In this document: positions 1 to 15,995 of the stretch, in pieces
How positions within the stretch are numbered: position 1 is the stretch's first letter
How the letters are laid out: each line of letters begins with the position of its first letter
NCBI RefSeq assembly: GCF_009914755.1
Contig: NC_060925.1
DNA length: 64,000 nt
Reading direction: 5' to 3' (one strand)
From: the human T2T-CHM13v2.0 reference genome, Homo sapiens
Position numbers and translations under genes: made by a program
Notes under the pieces: model-generated
Told to the model about the DNA's origin: nothing
Seen by the model: the letters and a program-made list of their open reading frames with translations, nothing else
Databases searched by the model: none

Positions 1-778
1 ACCTGCTGTGTTCCACCCCTCATGGGAGGGAAGACACAGGTGAGCAGGTGCAGGACCTGGGGCAAGTGCTTTTGGGTGCCGGCTTGAGCCAACTCTGTAG
101 CAGCCCTGCAGCAGCATCTGGGAGGTACCTGCGCCTCCTGAGGCCCCAGAGGAAGTGTTACAGTGCTCTTTTAGCTTGGCCATCCATGGACAACTTAACT
201 GACAACAGCTCAGTGGACCCTCTGCCTTTTCATGTGAGGCAGCTGCCTTCCACCAGCGAGAGCAAAGGGTTAGTGTGAGAGCCTTTTGCATCCACATTCT
301 TGGCCCCTGAGTTCTTGTCCAACATCCAGGAAGAATGAGGTTGCACAAACGAATTGAAGGTGGTAAATATGAGGGATTTTATTGCTGATGAGAATGGCTA
401 TCAGCAGAAAGAGGAGCTGAAAAGGGGACGGAGTAGGAAGGTAATCTTCCCCTGAAGTCCGGCTGTCCCCAGCCAGACTCCTCTCTGAAGCTATGCCATC
501 AAACTGTCCCTCTCAAGTCAAGCTACTTCTCTCTGGCATCCAACCGTAGCGTCTGATGTCCAGTGACTTCTCTTCTCTGCCAACTGAGTTCTGGGATTTT
601 TATGGGCACAAGATGAGGGGTGGGGCAGGCCATGGATGGTTTTGGAAAAGGCAACATTCGTGTGGGAAAACAGGGATATAAGTTTTCACTTTGGGCTGTG
701 GTATCACACTTGAGGGTGGGATTTTTTCAGGGACCCGCCCTTTTCTACCTAGAATTTCCCTGCCTCCTGCCTCTATCA
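1..778. mobile_element. ERV1 LTR, MER52-like (left end outside window)
   Basis: Motifs tgttacagtgctcttttagc and gttcttgtcc..catccaggaagaat; terminal cctgcctcctgcctctatca resembles recalled MER52. Confidence 0.6.
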
Positions 779-904
779 TTGTATCACTGGGACCTCCAGG
801 TGCAATAATTGTCTTCCTTCCAAGCCTCATTCTCAGTTTCTCCTGTGGCCTCACTAACTTTCCTATTCTATATCAAACATTTACATGCTTAGAATAAGAC
901 TAAT

Positions 905-1550
905 AATATGTGTCCACTTATGGTGAACAAAATACACCCACCCACTCCCCCCACAACAAGAGAAGTTAATGCCCTAATCCCTGGAAACTTCAAATATGTT
1001 ACCTTACAGGGCAAAAAGGACTTAGCAAATATAAATAAGGTCACAGACCTTAAAATAGGGAGAAAATCCTGGATTCTCCAGGTAGGCCATATTTAATCTG
1101 TGGAGTCATCAGAAACAGAGAACTTTCTCTGGTTCTCTGGAGTAGAAGAGACACAGCAAAAGAGGAAGTCAGAGAAATCCAAAGCATGAAGAGAACTCAG
1201 CCCTGTGCCATTGCTTGTCTGAAGACGGAGAGGTCAATGGGACAAGGAATGCAGGCTGCCTGGAGGAGCTGGGAGAGACTCCCATGTGACAACAGCAGGC
1301 AAAAAAAAAATGGAACCTCAGCCTTATAACTGCAAGGAACTGAATTCTGCCAACAACCTGAATGAGCAGCTTGGAAGTGGATTCTCCCCAAGAGCCTCCA
1401 GATAAGAGCCCAGGCTGGCTGACATCCAGAGTAAGGAAATCAGTCAAGCCAATGCAGACCTCTGACCTGCAAAGTTCTGAGATTGTACATTCATGTTGTT
1501 TTAAGCTTCTAAATTTGTAGTAATTTGATACAATAGCAATAGACAATGAT
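905..1550 (+). mobile_element. MaLR LTR, MLT1D/E-like
   Basis: ccctaatccctggaa..atatgttaccttacagggcaaaaaggactt, caaggaactgaattctgccaacaacctgaatgagc, and 3' end ttgtagtaatttgatacaatagcaatag. Confidence 0.75.
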
Positions 1551-2174
1551 ATGCCATTCTTAAAGGCAAAAACAAAAACAAAGAAATCCAACAACTCCAG
1601 GGCAGTCAAATCCTATGTTTCTCTTAAGGGTCATGGTTTCTTTGGGAATTATGCTTTAATTTCTAGGCATAAGAACAATATTATTTTCTTATTGGGTACC
1701 ATTGCACACATTTAGAAAAAGAAGAAATGAATATGGAATATTGATGTGGTCAATGATCTTGTCTGTTATTAGATCACATTTCCAGTGGGCAGTGTGGAAG
1801 GAGGTATTGTGAGATAATAAAACCCTGATTAGTATATGAATATAATATTTACACAAAAGTTATCATTAAGGTGCAATCTCAGTGTAAATTTGAGACTAGA
1901 CTGTGCCCTACCACATGAAAATGGGATATGGGCTGTAAGCTTTTATATTTCTTTGTGGCAGACACCATAATCCCATTCAGCTTCTGTATATGAAAAGTTT
2001 AAGAAGTAGAATTAGGTATGAAGACATTAAGTAAGTAAAGTGACAAAGCATTATTAGGATGCTCAAAGGGTGTTTCTCAGTGGTGAGAAGGGGATGAGTT
2101 TCAGCCAGGGACAGAGTGGAAAAGCAGACAGCCCAGTTATAGCCTACGAGTCTCTTTTTTTTGGCTAGAATGGA

Positions 2175-2578
2175 ATATACCTCCCACACCGTCAGAAATT
2201 CAAATATAACTTTTGATTCCCCTAAAGCTTTACTAATAGCCTACTGTTGACCAGATGACTTGCCAATAACATAGTCAATTAACACATATTTTTATGTGTT
2301 ATGCATCGTATACTATATTTTTACAAAAATGTAAGCTAGAGAAAAGAAAATGTTACCAAGAATATCCCAAGGAAGGGAAAATACACTTACTATTCGTTAA
2401 GTAGAAGTTGAGCATCCTAAAGGTCTTCATCCTCCTTGTCTTGACATTGAGAAGGCTGAGAAGGAGGAGGAAGAGGAGGGGTTGATCTTGCTGTCTCAGA
2501 GGTGGCAGAGGCAGAAAAAAATCTGCATGTAAGTGGGCCTGCACTTTCAAACCTGTGTTGTTCCGAGGGTCAACTGTG
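2175..2578 (+). mobile_element. Tigger2a/MER28-type DNA transposon fragment
   Basis: tactaatagcctactgttgacc; right TIR tgttgttccgagggtcaactg followed by ta. Confidence 0.8.
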
Positions 2579-2669
2579 TATATATTTTCAAAGATTTACT
2601 TTGAAAATCCTTTGTAAACTATTTGTATTGTTTTCTATGGTTTTCTTTTTTTCTTCCTTTTTGTTATTA

Positions 2670-2990
<321 letters not shown>

Positions 2991-3059
2991 GTAAAGCAAT
3001 TTTCAGTGAGCTGTGGCATATAAAACAGGCAATCATTTATGAAGTTGGAGTACCAGCAT

Positions 3060-3925
3060 GAAAGGTTAAGAAAATATAGTTTTAAAAATAATGGTCCCAA
3101 ATTTACCAAGGTTAATAAAAACTGTAAAACCACAGATTCAAGAAGCTCAGAAACTCTATATAGAAAAATAACAACAAATTCAGGAGAATCACAATCAAAT
3201 TTCTAAAAACTAGCAATAAAGAGAAAAGTCTTACATGTAGCTCAAGGAAAAGGACATATTACAGAAAGGGAACAGAGTTATGAATGAGAGCAGACTTATC
3301 AGGAACTAAGCAAGCCAACAGAAAATTGGGTGACACTTTCACAGTATTGAAGGAAAAATATTAACAATATGCATTGTGGGCTGTATAGCAAATATAAAAA
3401 TAAAATATGCAACATAATAATACAAAAGATAGGATAGGGTGCATGGAAGTATACCATCATAAGGTTCCTAAACTGTAGTGAAATGGCTTAATATTATTTG
3501 AAGGTGGATTATGATAAGTTAAAGATGTATATTATAAACCCCAGTGCAGCTATAAAAAATAAAACGAGAAGATCTAACTAGTAAGCCCCTAGTGGAAGTA
3601 AAATGAAATCACAAAAATTACCCAATTAATCCAAAGGAAGGCAGGAACAGTGAAAAAATAAAAATTGGGCCAATAGAAAACAAATGGCGATACGATAGAT
3701 TTAAATTCAATTGTATTGATAATTAAATTATATTTAAATGATTTAAATGCGCTAATTAAAAGTAGAGATTGTACGATTAGATAAGAAAGAAGTTACAAAT
3801 ATATGTTACCTGCAAGAAACCCAATTTATAAAGACAAAGGTAGGCTAAAAACGAATGAAAGGAAAACGAAACGTGCACACACTAATGAAAATCGGTTAGC
3901 TATATTATTATCAGACAAAACTATT
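3060..3925 (+). mobile_element. Old L1M fragment (ORF1 3' part / inter-ORF / ORF2 start)
   Basis: A-rich decayed L1: cacagattcaagaagctcag, ctatattattatcagacaaa. Confidence 0.65.
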
Positions 3926-3927
3926 TC

Positions 3928-4960
<1,033 letters not shown>

Positions 4961-4968
4961 TGTCAAGT

Positions 4969-5475
4969 ATAGTCATATGCTTCATCTCAGTCAATGATGG
5001 ACTGCATATGTAACAGTGGTCTCAAGATTATACATACAGTATAAAATACATTTTACTATACCTTTTCTGGGTTTAGATACACAAACACTTACCATTGTGT
5101 TACAGTTGCCTACAGTATTCAGTACAGTAACATGCCATACAGGTTTGTAGCCCAGGAGCAATAGGCTATACCATATAGCTTAGGTGTGTATTAGGCCATA
5201 CCATCTAGGTTTGTGTATACTCTATGATGTTTGCATAACAACAAAATCACCCAACGACACGTTTCTCAGAAAGGATTCCTGTTTTAAGCAGCGGATGGCT
5301 GTATTTGTGTATGAAATATCTAAACATAGAATAGGTGATGAATTGCATTACTAAGTTATGATAGCTGTTACATCAACAGGTAATAGGAATTTCCAGCTCT
5401 GTTTTAATCTTATGGGACCACTGTTGTGTATGTTGTCTATTGTTGACTGAAACGTCATTATGTGGTACATGACTG
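4969..5475 (+). mobile_element. Tigger3 (MER7/Golem) non-autonomous DNA transposon
   Basis: Ends tagtcatatgc..tcaatgatggactgcatat and gttgactgaaacgtcattatgtggtacatgactg. Confidence 0.8.
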
Positions 5476-5479
5476 TGTT

Positions 5480-5860
5480 TTGGATTTTCTCAATAATCCA
5501 CAAATAAGGAGGTATATAGTTTTTTCAGTGGTTTTATCTTTTTATCATATCTCAGTGGCTAGGACTTCCTATACAAAGCTGAATATAATTGGTGAGAATA
5601 GGCATCCTTGTCTCATTTCCAATATAATGAAGAAAAATTATTTTATTATTGGCACAATGTTTGTTATAGAGTTTGTGGTGGTTCATCGTTATCACAATAA
5701 AGGAGATCCCTTTATTTCTGATTTGTTAAGAAATTTTATTATAAATATGCACTAAATTTTATCAATAATTTTTTGCATCTATTAGAAGGATTATATGATT
5801 TTTGTCCTTTTTGTTTTACGGTGTGAAATTACACCGATTACCTTCCAATGTCAAACCAAT
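5480..5860 (-). mobile_element. Old L1M ORF2 fragment
   Basis: gctaggacttcc..ggtgagaataggcatccttgtctcatt, a typical antisense L1 RT region. Confidence 0.7.
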
Positions 5861-6139
5861 CTCTTGTAGAAAAGGAAGAGAAGGCATAAAGCATGATGGT
5901 GTCAGAGGAAAATAAAAATAAAAAAAGACTAGAGCTAGAGATCTGTCTATCTATCTGTCTATCTAGAAGTAAAACCACATGGTAGTAGACAGTAGAGAGA
6001 ACCCATGGAAAGGCTGAAACAGAACCAGTTCTAAAACCAATCCTGTTAAGTTTCAGTTATAACTCGGTAATCTATCTTGCAGTTAATGCAGTCCTGCTAT
6101 TTGGAATGCACACATATTAATTTAATTTTATTTTATAAC

Positions 6140-7430
6140 ATTTTATTCAACATATATTTACTGAATACATACTAACTACCATGTCCTTTGTTAAAAGTGA
6201 TGGTTTCTGCCGAAACAACTTTCCTCTGAGAAAAGATATCATGCAAATCACATAATCATGTAAGCAAAGGTAAAATTGCAGTTGAGACACGTGGTCACAA
6301 TATGCTACACTGAGGGCTACACAGAGCAATTTGAGCCCATAGTGGGTGATTTCAACTGGTTTGAAGGTTAAGGAAGGCTTTAACAGAGAAAGAGGTATTT
6401 GAATTGAGATCAGAAGTATGGGCAGGTATTAACTAAGTCAAGAGAGGAGGGTAAATATTGCAGACATGGGGGATAGCATATTCAATGACCCCGTGAGGGA
6501 GAAATGTCAAAAAAAAAAAAAAGGGGGGTAAGTGATGAAGTAAATAATGTGACTGAATCAGAGAGAACAAAGTTGCATGTTTTCAGCTAATGCTAATGAG
6601 GAAAGTAGGGACTAGATCATGTGGAGGTTCATAGGCAAAGTTAAGACTTTTTTGCATGCCAAATTGCACTGGAAAGCCTTTGATAGATTTGAAAAGAGGT
6701 GTATCATCATCAGATTTATGTTTTGAAAAGATGATTCTGATTGAATTGTGGAGTAAATTTAGTTAGGCATTCAAACTGGTTGTGTGTAGACAGTAAAGAA
6801 GCTATTTCTAGAGTTGAAGCCACGGAACACAGACATTTATAGTAGGTGATGTGGAAATGGAGAGAATGGGGTGGATGCTCAAGGTACATTGGGGTAAGAG
6901 CAATAGCACTTGGTGGAGGATTTATGTTGATGTGAGTTTCTGGCTTGCACAAGAATCGTTTTTCATGGACACAGGGAACTTTAGAAGAACTCCAGATTTG
7001 GAGTGAGGGGTGATGATGGGTTTGATTTTGGACATGCTGAATTTGACATGCTGATGTCACTTCACACAAGGCATATCAAATATGCAGTTCATTAATGTGT
7101 CTGATGGTCCAAAGAGAGGTCTGGGCTTGGAATAAAAATAAATGTGAGTCATTTATGTAGATGTGGTAATTGAAGCTACAGGTGCAGATGAGATCATTTA
7201 CAGAAGCCGATTCGGAGTGAGATAAAAAGAGATTATAGAAACTAGACTTGTAGATCTTTAGCATCCAAAGGCCAGTTAGGGAAGCATGAACCTTAAAAAT
7301 AGAAAGAGAAGAAATAACCAGAAAGGTCAGAAGAAAACCAGAAGAACGTGTTATCAGAAACCAAAGGGGGAATATTTCAATCATTGAATGAAGAAAAAAC
7401 AACAGGGTTGAATTTTGATGACAAAAAGTG
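6140..7430 (-). mobile_element. L2 LINE
   Basis: 3' end ttattcaacatatatttactgaata; ttttggacatgctgaatttga; gtagatgtggtaattgaagc. Confidence 0.7.
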
Positions 7431-7912
7431 AAGTTGGATCATATTGGTCAATATTTTAAAGTATTTATTATGTATTAGACACTGTTTAGAGAGTTTTTAT
7501 TTGCATCAATTCTTTTAATCCTCACCAATGCTCCACACCCAGTAATCCAGAGCTTTCACATTATAATAAAATATTGTTTGGTGTTTTTTGTGACATATAG
7601 TTATTGGCCATCTTTGCTAGCACTCTTTTAGTGGATTGGTGGATTTAAAAACCTGTTTCAATGAATTAAGAAGTGATTCACAGGCAAAAACTGGGAGGCA
7701 AGTAATATAGACAACTCACATGAAGGTTGACTATAAAAGGATTGAGGAGATGAGTAATAGATGTTGAAATCTAAGACATTATTTTTATTTATTTGTCTGT
7801 TTAAAGCCAGTGGGTCCTGACCAAGGTAATGAGCTAGTTTGCATTCTCTCTCCTTCCCACGTGATTTGCCCTGAGGAAGTAGAAAGGAGAAACAGAGAAA
7901 ATGTCAGAAATA

Positions 7913-7940
7913 TGTGGTGGTGGTAGTGGTGGTGGTGATG

Positions 7941-7974
<34 letters not shown>

Positions 7975-8015
7975 TGTTTGTGTGTGTATTTAGAGAGACA
8001 GAGAAAGAAAGAGAA
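7913..8015. repeat. Compound (GTG)n/(TG)n/(GA)n microsatellite
   Basis: Directly visible. Confidence 0.9.
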
Positions 8016-8344
8016 AGATTTTATGTACATATTTATAGAGTATCGGCTTTGTCTTGGGGCAGGAGTCAACCCTGCACTTCTGTGTTGTATAAAATAAAAG
8101 AATTTTTGGAAGCATTTGTTTCTTCTCTGACCCTGCCTTGGAACAAATAAGACTGGCCTCTACATTTGCTCTAAACAACTCTAGTCCACGTGTCCTCAGG
8201 AATAAACTTAGCATGGTGCAGAAGCCCTCATTTTCTCACTGTGAGAAAATGAGAAAAACCAGAAAACCAGTAGTCAATAACTATATACAATTGCTTTCTG
8301 ACTCTCTTCTTCTCCAAACTGGAGGATTTTAATCTAGCCTGAGC

Positions 8345-8455
8345 TACCTGAAATGTGGTCTAGGACCAGCAACATATAAGCACCATCTAGGAGGTTGTAG
8401 AAATGCAGAATCTCAGGCTTCACCAGGGCCTCCTGGAGTAAAATCTGCATTTTCT
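8345..8455. mobile_element. MER5A fragment (hAT-Charlie)
   Basis: tagaaatgcagaatctcaggc..aaaatctgcatttt. Confidence 0.7.
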
Positions 8456-9305
8456 CCTGGTGCCATAGGGATTTACTTGCCTCTGGTGAAGCACAGGTCT
8501 AAGGAGTAATCCTCCTGTGGCTGCTTCTTCCTGTGGGAGCAAAGGATGGAACTGGACCTAAGAGTTTTTACAGAATATAAGTATTTCTCTGGTAGGTCAT
8601 GTGTACTTAGCGGTATACACAGGTACATAAGGGTACCATTGGGCTCATCTGTCCCATACATATGCTTGAAAGAGTAGCTGCCATAATTTCTTGTTTCAAA
8701 TTTTCTTATGTCTCTTAATATGTTTGTTAAGATAATCTGAAGTTGCTGGTCTCTTTCCTGCAGCTATTCAGGCAATAATTCCAGAGTAAATCTTTCCCCG
8801 TTCCATAGAAACACAGACACGTATTTCCGCAGATTCCACACTTTATCTCCTGGGATAAAAATGTGCTGATGGGTCAAAATAACAAGACATTGGAGGAGCA
8901 CAATCAGTTAAAAATAGTGCTGGATTACAAATTTGAACAGAAGCAGAAATATTAGAACAGATGGACTATGTGTTTTTAAAATAGAATTGAAAGAGCATAA
9001 AAGAGATTTATGCATTCAACAATGAAAGAATGCACATTTTATTTTAAGCACACATGGAATATTTATGAAATTGATTAGGTATTAAGACATAAAAGCAATT
9101 TATATTTCAGAAAATAAATTTCATACAGATCATCACTTTTGATCACAAAATAATTGAGAATTTAAAAATAAAAATTAAACTTAAAAAATCACTGAATATT
9201 TAGGAAGAAAAAGAAAGCTCTTAACTAAGGCATGAATTTAAGAAGAAATCATCATGAAAATTAAAAAATATTTAAAACTGAATGATAATTAAAATTGTGT
9301 GCATC

Positions 9306-9673
<368 letters not shown>

Positions 9674-10036
9674 CTAAATACTTTATAAAGTAAAGAAGAA
9701 AGCCTCCAAGTTAGCTGTGTCTATATTTAAGTTTACATGGAAAATCATAAAGAATACACAGATATGTTATTTGAAAGAATGAGAGTTTGCAATATTGGTA
9801 GGATATATGATTAATATAGAAACACTAATAAACTTATGTATATATCAGCATCAAACTACTAGAAAGTATAATTAAAAAGGAGGCACCATTATGCAACTAC
9901 AACTTAATATGAAATACCCAGGAATTAATTTAACAAAATATGTTGAAGACCTTTCCTGTGGAAAATTATAAAAGCATTATTGGGAGATACAAAAGGATTA
10001 TTGAGAAAAAGACTAAATAAATTGAGAGGTAAGCGA

Positions 10037-10132
10037 TGTATATATATATATATATATATATACATACATATATATATATATACATACATATATATATATA
10101 CACATATATGTGTGTGTATATATATATATATA
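10037..10132. repeat. (TA)n/(CATA)/(TG) alternating purine-pyrimidine microsatellite
   Basis: Directly visible, about 95 bp. Confidence 0.95.
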
Positions 10133-11299
10133 AAGACTTTAAATTATAGAGATCCTGTTTCTTTTTAAATTGATCTCTGGACTCAATGCAATTTGAAACA
10201 GGATTTGTCAGGGAATTTAAGAAGATAATTGTAGAATGGCCTAGAAGTAAGAGAGGAAGAGAGTATGTGTGGAAGAATTAGAACAGTTACCATGACTTTT
10301 ATGAAGTGGTGGCAAATATGACAGTGTGGTTTTGGCTCACAATAAGCAAACTCTGCACCATAATGGATTCCAGAAAATGACCAATGCATGTATGTATTGA
10401 GTTGTATTGAGTAGGAAGAAATAATTTACATGAAAAAAGTTGAAACTGGATTTCTACCTCACACCATTTAGAACCGTCTCCTCTATATAGATTTAGGAAT
10501 AAATGTAAAAAATATAACATTCAAGCACTGAAAAAAAGTGAGTACTTTTAGACTTCAGTATATGAGCAGTGTCAAACAAGGCATAAAAAGAATTTTCTTT
10601 AAAATGGAAGATTACTAAACTTAAAATATTAAAATTAATCCCTTTTCTATATCCAAGGTTAATTTTGAAATTAAGTGAATTTCAACTCTAAGTTGCAAAC
10701 TCAAAAAATATTCAAAACACACACAATTAAATGAGTATTGACAAAATATAAGCACAAATAATGCAACAGCAACATTGGCGGAAGATATAAACAGACATTT
10801 CACCAAAAATATATGTTAAGAAATGTATGGAGAAAAGTTAATATTATTGGTCATGAGGGGAATGCAATTCAAGACTGCAATTATATATGATTTTATGGCC
10901 ATCCTATTGGAAAAAATGAGAAATTATGTCCATACCAAGCATAGGAAAAGATGTGGATCCACAGGATCTGCTGTTGGGAAAGTGGATAGATGCAGCCACT
11001 ATGAAAACATTTTGAAGTTGCTGCCTAAAGTCAGGATTCACATATGCTATGGTTTAACCATTCCATATCTGGGAACATATTCAAGAGAAATTCTTGCATA
11101 TGCTGATAGGAGATATATAAGAATGTTGATAGAAATGTTTTTATAATGGCAAAAACCTATAAGTAACTTCATTCTTCTAAATGGAAAAATGGAAGAATAA
11201 AAATGTGATAAATTCTTACAATGGAATATTATACAGGTAGTCAATATGTGTAAGCTACAATGAAACACAATAAAATACTAGCTCCATAATTTAAGTGGA

Positions 11300-13458
11300 G
11301 GAGGCATTGGACTTGAACTACATCTTAGACCAAATGGACTAATAGACAAATACAGGATATTCCAACTAATGGCAGCAGCATACACATTCTTCTCAAGTGC
11401 ACCTGAAACATTCGCTAAGACTGATCATATGTTGGGTCACAAAACAAGCCTTAACAAATTTAAGAAGATTGAAATCATATCAAGTATATTTTCTAACCAC
11501 AATGACATGAAACTAGAAATCAACAACAAAAAGAAATTAGGAAAATTCACACATACATGGGAATTAAAAACATGCTCCTTAACAGCAGATGGGTCAAAGA
11601 AGAAATTAAAAGGGAAATTTAAAAATACCTTAGGACTAACAGAAATGTGAACACAACAAGACAATTTATGGGATGCAGCAAAAACAGTTTGAAGAGGGAA
11701 GCTTATAGCTGTAAACACCTACATCAAAAAGAAAGAAAGCTCTAAAACAACATAACACTATACTTCAATGAACTAGAAAAAAAACAAACTAAACCCAAGT
11801 TAGTAGAAAGACTGAAACAAGAAAGATAAGAGCAGAAATAAATAAATAAATAGAAACAGCAGAAAAGCTCAATGAAATGAAACATATGTTTTCAAACCTA
11901 AACAAAATGGATAAAACTTTAGTTGGACTAAGAAACAAAAAGAGAAGAGACACAAATAAAATCAGAAATATATGAGGAGACATTGCAAATGATACCACAA
12001 GAATACAAAGAATCCTAAGACACTACTATGAACAATTATTAGTTAACTTAGAATAAATGAATAAATTCCTAAAAATATGCAACCTACCAAAACTGAATCA
12101 TGAAGAAATTTGAACTGACCAAAATGGGTAAGAAGATCAATCAGTAATAAAAACCACCATCAAGGAAAAGCCCTGGACTAGATGGCTTAAACTGTTAAAG
12201 AACTAATGCTAATCCTTCTCAAAGTGTTCCAGAAAATTTAAGAGGGGGAAATACTTCCAAACTGTTTTTATAAGGCCTGTATTACCCTGATACCAAAGCC
12301 AGACCAGGACACTACAAGAAAAGAAAATTACAACCTAATGTCCCTGATGAACATAGATCCAAAAATCATTAGCAACAATAGTAAATAGAATTTGCCAGCA
12401 CGTTAAAAGGATCATTTGCCAAGATCAAGTGGGATTTATTCCTGGGAGGTAAGGAGAGTTAAACGTACCCAAACCAATAAATGTGATGCCACATTTACAG
12501 AATAAAGGGCAAAATTATATGATCATCTTAGTGGATGCAGAAAAAGCATTTGACAAAATTCAACATCCTTTCATGATAAAAACTGTCAACAAATTATGTA
12601 CAGAATGAATGTAACTTAATACCATAAAGGCCATATACAACAAGCCCCCAGATAGCATCGTACTTAATGGTGAAAAGTTGAAAGCTTTTCCTCTAAGATC
12701 AGGATCAAGATAAGGATGCCCACTCTCACCACTTCTATTCAATGTAGTACTGGATGTCCTAGTCACAACAATTAGGCAAAACAAACAAACAAACAAAGAC
12801 ATCCAAATCAGAAAGGAAAAAAAAATTGTCTCTGTTTGCAGATGACATAATCTTGTATATAGAAAATGCTAAAGACTCCTCCAAAAAGCTGCTAGAACTA
12901 ATAAATGAATGTTGCAAGTTACAACAACATACAAAACTTGCAGCATTTCTATGCACTAACTGCAAACTATCTGAAAAAGAAATCAATAACTATTTAAAAT
13001 AGCTAAAAATAATTAGAAATAAATTTAACCAAAGAGGTGAAAGATAATGTGTACTGAAAAATTGTAACACATTGATGAAAGAAATTAAAGAAGACACCAA
13101 TAAATGGAAGAATATACCACGCTCTTGGACTAGTAGAATTAATATTATTAAGATGTCTTTATTACCCCAAGGGATCTACAGATTAATTGCAATCTCTATC
13201 AATATTCCAAAAAGATTTTCATGAAAATAGAAAAAAATTCTAAAGTTTGTATAGAACCACAAACGACCCTAAATAGTCAAAGCAATCTCAAGCAAAAAGA
13301 ACAAAGCTGGAAGCATCTCATTACCTGATCTCAAAATCTACTACAAAGCCGTAGTAATCAAAACAGCATTATACTGGCATAAATAAAAACAGATGACTAG
13401 GCCAGTGGAACAGGATAGAGAGCCCAGAAATAAACCCATGCATTTATAGTCAATTTTA
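11300..13458 (+). mobile_element. L1M (L1MA/MB-age) ORF2 fragment: endonuclease tail through RT, with stops and frameshifts
   Basis: ORF 11369-11650 YTFFSSAPETFAKTDHMLGHKTSLNKFKKIEII is L1 endonuclease; gatgcagaaaaagcatttgacaaaattcaacatcc and tttgcagatgac (FADD) are RT motifs. Confidence 0.92.
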
Positions 13459-13625
13459 GTGTTTACAAGTAAACTTCTATTGGCACACAGGCATGGCCAT
13501 TCATTTACTTATTTTTTATGGCTGCTTCCCACCACTATGGAGTAGTTGCAACAGAGACTCTGTGGCCTGCAAAACCCCAGGTATTACTCTCTTGCCTTTT
13601 TACAGAGAAAATTTGCCTATCCTTG
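13459..13625 (+). mobile_element. MER58A (5'-truncated)
   Basis: tattggcacacag..cattcatttac..gagtagttgcaacagagac..tggcctgcaaaacc..tttacagagaaaatttgcc. Confidence 0.8.
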
Positions 13626-13979
13626 ATTGAGGGGATTCAAATTTCAGATATTGTGCATAGAAAAGATTACATTTTTAATCAAGCTTTCTTAGGACAAAAA
13701 TATATCACTTAAAAGATTGAAGGTATCCCATTATTTCCTTGTGGAATGCCCTTTTATTCCTTAGGTTGCTGAGCTTCAATATCAGGGTCTCTTGGCTACT
13801 TTATGTTTCAGACTTGAAAATTATGATGGTGGGTTTGTTCTTATAATTTTATATAGATACTTCCTGAATCAATTTCTCCAACCCAAATGTTTGTATCTGT
13901 TTTTAACCACCTTCCCACTCACATCATTACACAATAAATTCTTCCTCTTTTAGCTATAATTATTACCATCCAAATGTAG

Positions 13980-14599
<620 letters not shown>

Positions 14600-15134
14600 T
14601 AACACATAAAGGATAGGGCTATAATGGTGATCATACTTTTCTTATGGGGGCTTTAACATTTGTATGATATCAGTTGCTGATTATACTCTAATCATATCCT
14701 GAAGATATTGTTCACTGACTTGTAGTCTTCGTTTAAAGAAAAATACCTAGAATAAATATTTTACTTCACACTGGAAATAGTTGAGTTTCTACGTAGCAGT
14801 TATTCTGCCCCGGTGTTATAGACACTGTTGAATGAGTACTGGATTTTAGTCCCTTTTTTGCCTTGACTGCTAAAAAGTGTATGGATATATATTCGTCTGT
14901 TAGAAAACTTCTGTTCTGATGTCTTTTCCCACTTATTTTTATTGTAACTTATTTTAGATGTATTTATAATCCACCATATAACCTTGCCATAACATGTTAT
15001 GTTATAAATAAACAACTTAAAATACACAAAATAATACATTTATTGCAAGCCAATTATGTATAAAGAACTTTCTCTAGGTTATATATAATTTATTTCTCAC
15101 ATGCTGGTAATAATATCTATTATATATTCATGGT

Positions 15135-15339
15135 AACAACAAGTTTTGTGGGCCCTAAAGCTCATTTAAGAGACATTTCTAAATACAAGTAATATAAAAC
15201 TATTATTTTTGCAAACATTACAAAGACATAGGACCCATGTTAACTCATTGGTAGGGCCTCATGCAGGGCCCTGGAAGGGGTAGATGCAAGCAAGAGCCCT
15301 GACTTAAGCCTCCTTAGCTTCAAGGCCAATCTGCCTCTG
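15135..15339 (-). mobile_element. Zaphod/MER115-type (hAT-Tip100) short copy
   Basis: agggccctggaaggggtagatgcaagc..cttaagcctccttagcttc..aatctgcctctg matches the recalled Zaphod terminus. Confidence 0.65.
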
Positions 15340-15688
15340 CGTATATGGACTGCTTATGCTGTGCAGGTCACTTTTCACGCACTGTACTATGTGATGTTAG
15401 AACAAGCTTCCAGGGAAATTAGCTGAGAGAGGTAAAATGTATTTCTCAATGCCAAAGGGTTGGCATACAGTAGATGTGTATTTGAACACTAATAAACCCA
15501 TTTATTACAACTATATTTATGGGGCACCTTATCTACCAGGCATTGTCATAAGCACTGGCATGCTGTGACAACCCAGGCAGGTGTTGTCCCAATCCTAATG
15601 AAGCTTCTTGTGTGACTTCCATCATAGCAGTTGGTCATTCCACGGCTTATTTCTTCTTTAACCATCATGTTAAGAAAGAACAGTTTAA

Positions 15689-15995
<307 letters not shown>

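Noticed and set aside
11369-13458. Endonuclease/reverse-transcriptase-like ORFs (also 32921-33810 and 47796-47990)
   Set aside because: Decayed LINE-1 ORF2 with many stops and frameshifts; not a novel RT system or host gene.
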